This document shows, piece by piece, positions 53,898 to 64,000 of a stretch of DNA of 64,000 bases. This DNA comes from Camelus ferus (Eukaryota): assembly GCF_009834535.1 (NCBI RefSeq), contig NC_045696.1:20772001-20836000 (forward strand), given 5' to 3'. The notes under the pieces are model-generated. The model was given only the letters and a program-made list of their open reading frames with translations, did not search any database and was not told where the DNA came from. Positions within the stretch are counted from its first letter, which is position 1, and each line of letters opens with the position of its first letter. Position numbers and translations under genes: made by a program.

Positions 53898-54449
53898 TGT
53901 AGCAGGCAGCTTTAGAAAGGCTCCCAATGGTCCCCACCCCCTGTTATTTATATCCTTGGGTAATACCCTCCTTTTGATTATAGGCAAAGTTTAGTGACTT
54001 GCTTCTAATAAATACAAAATGGGAAAGGTTACATTATGAAGTGTTACTTCCAATATTAGGTTATTAAAAATTGTGATTTACATCTTGCTCTCTCTCACTT
54101 ACCTTTTCACTTGCTTACTCTGACGAAGCTAGGGGCCATCTTGTGAGTCTCCTAAGAAGATGCCCGCAGAGAGAGGAGCAAAAGGGAGGGTTTGAGCCAA
54201 TAGCGAGCAAAGAACTAAATCCTCACAACCACCTGAGTGAGCTTGGAAAGGCTCTTTTTCCAGTAGAGTCATGAGACAACAGCTGGTTCAGCTGGCACCT
54301 GGAAGGCAGCCCTGTGAGTGAGCAGAGCCAGGAGACCCAGCTAAGCAGTACCTAGCTTCCTGACCCGCAGAAACTGAGATAATAAATGTTGTTCCATAAG
54401 CCACAAAGTTTGGGTAAAATTTGTTATACAGCAGTTGATAATTAACACA
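53898..54449 (+). mobile_element. MaLR solo LTR, MLT1F-like, full length
   Basis: TG...CA termini: 'tgtagcaggcagctttagaaaggctcccaatggtccccacc' to 'ttcctgacccgcagaaactgagataataaatgtt...gttatacagcagttgataattaacaca'. Confidence 0.9.
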
Positions 54450-57400
54450 ATATTACATAAGTTGTCCTGAATTCCTGTAACAGATTGAGCAGTTCTGATT
54501 TCCCAACAACTACACATACGGTGAAACTAATTTAGGCAAATAGATATACCTAGTTGCTTATACCCTGTAATCAATAGGGTGTGAAGAAAGAAAAGAATTA
54601 AGAAAAATATGATGAAGTAGATACACATTTTTCTACAAAATTAATAAGATGAAATTTTCGATGGGTTATAACTCTTTACCAGAAGTATATATGTACTGTA
54701 TTAATATGTATAAGGAAATCAATGAACGATTAAGAGTGGTATACATTATGGGGCAATTCGTCTTTCTTGATTGAATGCTTTCATGTCGCCTTTATAACCT
54801 AATTCTCATCACTAGTCTGTTAATAACTAGCTGGGACTTTATGTAACTAGTCTCTGTCTCATGGACTAGAGTGCTGTGAAATGGTCTTTAATATATTTAA
54901 CAACTAGAAAATTCTATGACTATAAATTCTGAAGTAGAAATTATCATTGGAGATACACACCAAATATTGATTAGGACATAACTGAAACAAAACAAAGCAA
55001 AACAAAAAAATTGGACTTTGAAAGAGTCCTTAAGCACTTTTTATATAAAATATTTTATAATTAAAATCAGATTAATTAAAATAATAATAATATTTTGACT
55101 GATTACAACATTCCAGGCTCTGCTAATTTATATATGTATATTGTTATTCCCAGTTATAGACAAAAAAATTATATTAAGTTGCAAGCCTTTGAGCACATAT
55201 TTACAAGAGACAGGGGATAAGGTTTAGATGTCCATTCCTAAAAGCTTGTAATCACAATGATATTAAATAAATTTTTGTTAAATTTTTTAAATTTTTATTT
55301 TGGTTTAATTTATTTAAAAATTTAATTTTGTGTTAGATAATGAAATACATTTTAAAAGCTTAAGTATGTTAAAATTAGTCAGGAACAACCAGAAATATCT
55401 TCACAAAGATTAAATAAAATAGTTTCATAATTACAAAAAGTTTAAGTTAGTGTTTATACTAGAAATTAACACAGACTTGATAAAGATATGTAGATAATTT
55501 GTGAAGCAGTTGCCAGAATATTTGTATATTTCTTACTAATAGGTAAAAGTAAAATTGGATCATCTCTAATAGTGGGCACAATTACAGCAATTTCCCTATA
55601 GTAACAGTGAAGCATCATTGCCTTTCCTCTAACGTACAAATTCAATTAAGGTGGTGTTTAATTTAAATATCAAAGTTTTTTTTTAAGCCAGATAAATCCA
55701 GTTCATTTTAAGAGCAATTTATGTGCTAGGTAATAAGCATGACACATTGGCTCCTCAGGTGAAGTAGAAAGATAAAGGCGGCTATATTTAATTTTTAAGA
55801 GATACGATGTATAACATAATAACTGACCTTAAATAGAAAAGCTCTGTGGTTATATAAATCAGAGAGCCTCGAAGATATGAAATAAATCCTCTGGGTAGCA
55901 AATATTTTGAGTTACATTGCTGAAGCTGAAAAAGCAAAGCTGACAGGCAATGAGATTAAGCAAAAGGCATATAGTACACATGCTAATGCTTAATTTCGAG
56001 ACACAGTTGATGTAACAGAGCCCCCTCCCTTTCGGTGAAACAAAGAGACTTTCACTAACTATTTTACCATTTCCAAATATTATTTAACAAATGAAGATAA
56101 GCTTTCATAGGATATATTCTATCATATTGACATGTTAGAAATTCACCATGAAAAACTCAAGTCCCTAAAATCGTATTTCCATTATGCTCTTTCAAGAAAC
56201 AAAATAGGTATATAATTGCTTTCTGTGTGTTTTGCACGGTACCAATTTACTAACAATTAAAATGACTTCCTATATTTCATTTAAGGGTAAATGGGGAGCA
56301 CATGTGTAGTTAATTGAACAAGTACAGAAATTGATTTTTCTCATCAGTTCGGTCGTCATCATTTTTACCTGATCTTTTGATAGAGGGTGGAAAAACAATT
56401 GTAGCATAAACTATGGACCCAAAGGTCATTTCATTGATTAAAAAGCAAAGCTAATACTGAGAGAGGTTGTATATTTGAAAAAATTAAGCACATAATTATA
56501 ATTAGTATCAAAACTAGAGCGTCTATAATCTTTGAGATGTTAAAATACATAATCAAATCACACTGAGGTTCTTGTTAGGGGTGGTATTTTCTTATTGCTG
56601 ATGACATTTTCCATAATTAACTGAATATATACAGTGAAGTAAACAAATAGGCCAAATTTTCCAATTGACCAATATTTCAAATTTTCTATTCTTTCATTTT
56701 TAATTTTCCATATTATTTGCTGAAAGTTTTCAGTTAAGTATATTTCCTCAAATCTTTTTAAGATATGCAAATGCGTATTTCCACTGAATTTTACGCCTTT
56801 ATTGTAATCTTTCCATAATTTGTTCTTATGCTGTCCAATAATTCTATATAAATCTTGCCACTTTCATTACTAATGAATATATCTACCTATTTTATCAAAT
56901 ATTAAAATTATTCATTTAAGGTTATGTCTTAATAGCTCTAAATCTAGCCAATTATTTTATTAAATTTCTAAATTAAGACAGGCAAGGAAAATAATTCAGA
57001 AACTACTGTGGCTTTATTTATAGACTGACATCTTATTTCATTCTTGATGTAAACCAAATTTATTTAATAGTCAAACATTCTCCTTTCCAAATAGGAGACA
57101 ATTTTTCAATGGTGTATAACTACCAGGTGAATTAATTCACATACATAGTCTCAATTAGAGCTAGGGCTGTCAATCTTCCACATAATTCCATTGTTGAGGA
57201 CTAAAGCAGTGGTCCTCCCACCATTCTGAATTTTGAATAAATCTATATAGGAATTCCAAGCAAATTTATATGTTCTTAAAAATGTATCTCTTTGAAAAAT
57301 TGAATAATTTGATAATACAGTATATTTAGGGATAAAATAAGAGTTAAAATTAGATAGTTATCTTCCATCCTTTGGGTTGCTAAATGAATATGTTTTCAGT

Positions 57401-59019
57401 GAAAAGCTTTTGACACAACCTGTATGGAATTTAAAATTGAACTGATTTAACACAGAAATATTCTGAAATATTAAATTGTATGTATGTATCCTAAGCCACC
57501 AATTAGGAATTTAAATATTATCTACAGTCTTCAGAGGACTATACTTTCTTTTCACTCAACATGTAAATGCATGTATATGCAATTCTGTCAGTACATTTGT
57601 GCATATAGAAACATGAGTAAACATACATTCATTCATATACTAAGACATACCAGTTAAGAAATATCTTAAAATAAATGTGCAAATTAATATATTATATTGA
57701 ATAACTTTAGTTTGATAATGTTTTATAATTTTAATGCATATCAATATTACTTCAGATTTCCTTTATCTGGTATAATACCATTTTTTGGGGGAAATGGTCA
57801 TCATTTACAAATCCATATTTTTAGACACTTTGCAATACAATGCAAAAAATAAAAACTAAAAAAAAAAAAATTGAGGACAAAATGTTTTCCTGAAAAGTAT
57901 GACCTATAGGTTCTAATTTTACAAACCAAAAGCTTATATTTAAGGATTAATCAGTTTTTATGATTATATATCATATCAGTTTCTTCTAATTTTTTATTAG
58001 CAATTAAAATTTGATTGAACTTGGGAACCTGAAACTGTAACCACTATGCAAGTGTTAAGCTTCATGATGTCATTTTTGGTCTGCAATTAATTTGGTTAAT
58101 TTATTTATTCTGTGACCCATTTCATTTTTCAGGAGCATAAAGATACTCAGTGATCTATATAAATGGTGCTATTCAAAAATTATAACAACTGTTTACATAT
58201 ATATCTTCAAATATTATATATCACTATTGAATTTTTCTTCCATAATAAAAACTCTATTTCTAGTAAAATAAATTTGAATTAACCCTTTCCCTCAAGGAGT
58301 TAAAAATGAATATCTAGTGATAATTCTAATTTTATTGAAAATAATAGACTTATTAATTTATCAGTGACAGGCACTGTTTCAAAGAAAATATTAATATTTA
58401 TATTTCTCCTTGAAAGAAAATTCTGTTCTGTCTGTTTAACTTGCAATATTTGAACTTCCCTATACATACTGAGATTCATTATTTAAAATTTTACTAAGTA
58501 ACTGCTTTTTAAATTACCAAATATACAGGGTTAAGTGAGGATTGAAAATAATTTTTTCATATCGTATGAACAAATTTTGAGGGAATGTGGAACATAAGAT
58601 TTTTACATATTCTTTATTACATCAGTTTTAACTAGTTTGTCTGTTTTTAAATGACTAGCAAATATGCCTGTTGATGGTTATACATTTGAGTAGCTTCCTT
58701 GCCATCATTGTGTGTATATTTTTATGCCTTTAAAATTGTCAGTTTTCACCTAGCAAGTGTATCTGTGTCTTTTATAAAAATGAGAATATATATACAATTC
58801 TTTAAGAAAATGGAGACAGTTTAAACTGTGGAATGGAACAGAAGACTGACAAAAATAACTTTTAAAGAAATGGAAATTTGGTGGCTTTTTGAGGAAAATA
58901 TTTAAAGATATTTAAAGACTGTTATGTAATCCTGCTAGTAAATAATTTGCACATCAGAATCTGTCCGAAAATGCATGTTCCTTGTATTAGGTAGAATTTT
59001 AAGTTAATCTTTGTTCAAT

Positions 59020-59250
59020 TCTGTGCCTATCAAAATCCCAAAGGCATTTTTAACAGTAGTAGGAAGATATCCTAAAGTCATATAGAATCACAGAAGACCC
59101 TGAGTGAACTCATACTTCCTGATTTCAAAACACATTTTAAAGCTATAGTAATCAAAACAGTATGGTACTGACATAAAGACAGATATATAGTCAGTGCAAT
59201 AAAATAGAGAGCCTGCAAATAAACCAATGTGTATATGAATAACATATAAA
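59020..59250 (+). mobile_element. L1 ORF2 fragment
   Basis: 'cctatcaaaatccca', 'cttcctgatttcaaaacacattttaaagctatagtaatcaaaacagtatggtactgacataaagacaga' (LPDFK..KA.VIKTVWYW). Confidence 0.85.
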
Positions 59251-62200
59251 TACTTTCATTAAACAAAGAAATTGAGATGTATTTAATTTGTTTTTCATAG
59301 CATAACCATTCAATTCCTCATTTATTCCACAAACGTTGATTGACCACTTTGTCTATTTTAGGAAGACACTTAGCTAGGCATCTCTCTGAATTGAAGTATA
59401 AGGCATTTCCTGTTTACACTATTATACTGGAAACTGTTCAAAAAGTGATTTATTGTTACTGATATCAAATACCTTCTCACCACTGTGGCCAAAATTTTGC
59501 CTACATTTATAACCATTCCAACTTTAAAGCCTATTTGTTTTAATTGCATGTTAAACAAAAAAGCAAGAAGTTTTTTGTTTGTTTTTGTCTCACATAATTG
59601 AAAAGTCAGGCATGGATAAATTTGGATGCTAAAATGATGTTGTTTGTTCTCTGCTTCTCTTTTTCTCCTACTCTAGATTCCATTTTCCTTGATCTTAAGT
59701 CTTTTTTCATGCAAAGATCTGGGTTTAAACAAATTTAGGTGTATATATTAAAGTTAAGATGCTAAATAAGGCCAAGCCTGATAGCAAATTGATCTTCCAG
59801 AACTTATATCTCTCTCCAGAAATTTATTAATAGAAAAGGGAAAAATGGAAAGTGTGTATAGTTACAAATCTACTCTTTTTTGCTGAAACTTACTGTCGGC
59901 CAGTGTAGTGTATCTGTTTTGACTTTGACTTGATGGTTACTAGGGTTTGCAAATTTTTATTCATTCTATGTTATTCACATATCAAGCCCTTTCCTCATTT
60001 GTATTGGAGAATGCTGCTATCCAGGATGCCCTATATTTTCCATTTTTCCAACTTCTACCCATCTTTTAAAGTATAGTTCAATTTATACACCCAATAAGAA
60101 AATTTTTCTACTCTTCCTAGGTTAAAATATCTCTAGTTCCCCTAACACTTTGTGGTACTTAATGTCTGTTTAATTATTTTACCATATTGCTTTATCGTAT
60201 TACATTGGCTTAATGCCTTTGTGTCAGTAAAACTAAACAATAATGTATCTCCTGGAATGTGCATATTATGAATTTGCCTATTTTCTTACAATTCTCAAAA
60301 AACATTTCTTGGTTACAAATAGCTTTCTAAATGGAATCCTACACAAGTATAGATATATGCAGATATGTGCAAAGCTATGTCTTGCCTAAGATGGACCATT
60401 AAATATGATTATTCAAAGACCCTAAGGTTGTTTACTTTTAATTATACAGACTGCAATTAGCTTATTCTGCCACAGCACTTACAGCTGCCTGTGTCTGTCT
60501 GTCTCATCACAACAAACATCTCAGGGCATTTTCTAATAGATTTTGTTTTGTTTATCATATTGGAAATTTAAATTTTTGTAAAATAAATGTAGTAAGTTTG
60601 GGGATTTAGAGCACAAATGTCCAGGGAATACCAAGTATGAGTTAGATGAAAGGGGTTAATTAGGTGAGTTAAAGATACATTTAACAAACTTTGCTCCTTC
60701 TTAAAGAGTTAGGCCTGCCTTAAAAATAAAGCTCCTTTATCCATGGATCAGAAAGTTTAATCATGCTGATTTCTACAAAGAAACAAAATCCTTTTTGATG
60801 TTGTCGAAAAACACTGGCAGACAGGCTTGCCTATTTTTGTTAGGGAAGGCATAGAAGAGATTTACCAACCCATATTCCTATTTCATGCCCAAAGCTTTCT
60901 GATTGGTCATGAATGATGAGCCATCTGAAAGATGGCCAGGCTCATGTTTTATGAAATTCAGGGCTTTTGTTAGATGGCATGATATATTGGTTGCTCAGTC
61001 TCTGATTAGTCCAATGTGATTTGAAAAGATAGAAACAAATCTTGTACTCTCAAGTAAAAAATATATATATATATATATTTCCTATAGATATCTTATCTAT
61101 GTGATAAAGACAAACAAAGGTAAGCTTAAAATACATTAACTGGACAAACATAAATAAGTATATAAAGGCATAAATAAAAATATGAAAGTAGGTTATAAGT
61201 TGCTCTATAGAGAAATACTAAAGTGGTGATATTTCATTTTGAGAACATATCTTTATTTATGACCCAAGAAAATTCCTCTTAAAGAGACTGGATTTTATGC
61301 AGAATTTTTAAAAATAAAAATCTTAGTTTGCATGTAAATATACTCATCTCCCTGAGTTCTTCAGATTCTTTTCAATAAAAAAAGAGTCAAACATGACTTT
61401 TAGGTCAAAAGGGTGAAAGAAAACTGATCACGTTATAATGTTTGGTTATGATTTTAATAACTATATAAGAAAAACACTGATCAAAACGCTTAAAGATTTT
61501 CTAGCTGGATAGATAAATATGTTTATATCCATAAGTATTTGCGTGTGTATAATTTCTTTGGAGATTTTCTCTAGCACTATAAAATTTTAAACCTTTATAT
61601 TGTGTAGTTAAAATAAGCCTGTATCCCTTTCTCATTTTTATGCAAATATATAGAAAGCGGTATTTCAGAATATGCTTATTCACATTTTAAGCTATTTAAA
61701 AGAAGGTATTTTTCTCAATATAGTTTTAATAAAAATTTAATATCAATCACATAATATTTTAAAATTTCCTTCTAAAATATCTCCAGAAAAAATTTGTTTC
61801 ATTGGCATACATTATATTTTTATATACTATAAAAATTATCAGTTCTTCTCATGCATTCTTGTATTTTATTTTTAGATATTTGAAAAGTTTATACTTTCAT
61901 ATTTGTATGTACTCCAATATTGCAAAATATTTCCAATTAGCCACATAGCTTAAGTATTACGGTAAAATGTTTTTGTTCGCTGTGTTTAAGAGCAACATGG
62001 TATGGACTTATTTACAATGTCATTAAAGTTTCAGGGAAGGACTTGAGAACCAAACAGGTATAGGGCTTATTTGGCTGGATTTTAGCTTTCATTAAATACG
62101 CTTACCTGTTTTTTCCCTCTAGCCAAAATTGAGCAGCCGTTCTTTCCACTTAGCCTTTAGTGCACTTTGTTTCCCATTAGGCATTGTAAAATTTTTAGCT

Positions 62201-64000
62201 TAAGTGCTGTACTCTAAAATGTATTTTTCTTAAGTAGACCTAATAATATACTCCCAAAGCTTTTCTCTGTGAAACATTCATCTGTAAAGCAGACTAAATA
62301 GTTGTGCTGTGAAATCGATTACTTGGGCAATGAGGCAGAGCCTAGTCTTTGATATTCAAAGATAATTCTCTGTCCTGGCACTAAGTAGCTCTATTACATA
62401 CAGGTAATTTCTATTTTCCAGAATGCTAGATGCTCAAAATAGGAAAAAGCATTTATTGTTTGAATTCAAATACATGTATCATTAATAAAATAATTTGTAT
62501 ATTATTATGTATTATAGTGTTAGAAGAAGGTGTCTATTTTATTGATTTATAGAGGCTTTAAAAAGTATATTTTTATATGTCAAAGACCTATAGTATATTG
62601 GTTGACAGTAACAAAATTGTCTAAAAATTAGGCAAACTCATCTGTGTGTATCTAGATACATCTTCATCTGTGTGGGATGAAATTGGATTTTTTAAAACTT
62701 GAAACTAAGAATTAGACTTAGACATCTATTTAAAAAATAGCAACAAAGGGCCAGTGCATTTCTCAACTCTTAGCCAGTTCTACAAGTGTGTAATACTGCA
62801 ATTAAATATGGTTACTTTAAGTTATTCAGATACCACAAAGAATTGGATTGTCAAATGCGGCTCCCAGGAATCAGAGATACTGCCTGACATCAAGCTTTAC
62901 TAATTTCTTCAAGGACAGGAGAGATCAAGCTGCACAGGTGAAGCAGGGAGTCTGGGGATGCCTTGATTCATCATTCAGGTCCCTTCTTCTCCGACCTTCT
63001 TTGGCCCAGGTTAACAGATGAGATTTCCGCATAAGGCGTGCACACCCAGATGGAGCAATTTAGTTCCTAAAACATTTCCATTTTACACTCAGATTGTTGT
63101 GTGTCTTACATGACATTTTCCAGGGAAACATGCAGGTAAATCCAGAGATTCTAGACTTGTTTGCTTTTGGGAAGCCTAACCAACCGGATGTATTCTAATA
63201 AAGCATTCCAAAGATAAGTCCTCCATCACTGCCAAGACCAGTAGGTTTCTCTTTACTGTTCTTAACAAGAGATGAGTCTTGTAACCTGCCTAGTTTCCTT
63301 CTTTAGTGTTCCTTTCCCTCTACAATGGGATTAAAAGTTTTATAGGCCAGCTGTTTAACCCTTTCCTCCCCAGTAGTGTTTGAGGATTTTAGATTTTCCC
63401 TTTCACTCTCAGCAAACTGTAAAAGGCTTCTGTTCAATCTTCAAGGATGGCATTTAATGTCCAAGAACTGGATTTATTCACTGTGTCACTGAGTTATTTG
63501 TTGTTGTATATTTTTCAATCATTCAGCACTTATGGGTAGTTTACTATATGACCGTAATTGTTTATTATGATTGTCTTGAGGTGAATATAGATATTTTTTG
63601 CCCCAAAATTAAAGTGATTATGACTAGACCATCAACCTCAATTAAGAGGAAGTAAGTTTATGTTATAAATACGAATGATGTAGTAAAAAGTTAAAAAACA
63701 TTCTGTAGTAGGTGATAATTATTTTTAAGGTTCTACTTCTATTGTACATTGATGAGAGGAAGCTAAATTGAAAGAGATTAATATTAAAATGGAAAATAGA
63801 ATGGAGCCTACAGCTGTTCAGCTGTTATTGTTCATTTATTAGGTCAGCTTCAAATTCATAATTAAAAAGCAGTATTATTTCTGTTGTTACAATAAGAATA
63901 TTGATAATACCTGCTCCTATACCCAAGACATCGTATCATGTACTCTTCCTAAATTATATCTGGTTTTAGACTGGACTAATTAAACTTTTGTTGAGATAAT

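Noticed and set aside
1..64000. All ORFs in the supplied track as host protein-coding genes
   Set aside because: All are 135 aa or shorter and low-complexity, many start at non-ATG codons, and none shows a recognisable host domain or a consistent exon chain. This is what random AT-rich DNA and repeats produce.

Overview
This is AT-rich, CpG-poor mammalian non-coding DNA (gene desert or a large intron). It is almost certainly camelid (alpaca/llama/camel), because it holds two tRNA-derived Vic-1-type SINEs and a camelid-type young L1 3' end. I find no credible protein-coding exon, tRNA/rRNA gene or CRISPR array. The listed ORFs are chance ORFs, microsatellite read-throughs or decayed L1/ERV fragments. 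A large part of the window is a layered fossil record of transposons: L2 and MIR pieces, HAL1/L1M remnants, MaLR LTRs (MLT1), MLT2, LTR16/LTR33-like LTRs, a ~4.9 kb decayed ERVL provirus with its RT core deleted, a ~4.9 kb decayed L1 split by a solo LTR, and lineage-specific SINE/L1 insertions. Repeat families were recognised by eye from remembered consensus sequences, so subfamily names and most boundaries are approximate. I see no evidence of a novel biological system. The best leads are the RT-deleted ERVL, the nested LTR, an octamer-motif cluster and possible non-coding minus-strand exons.
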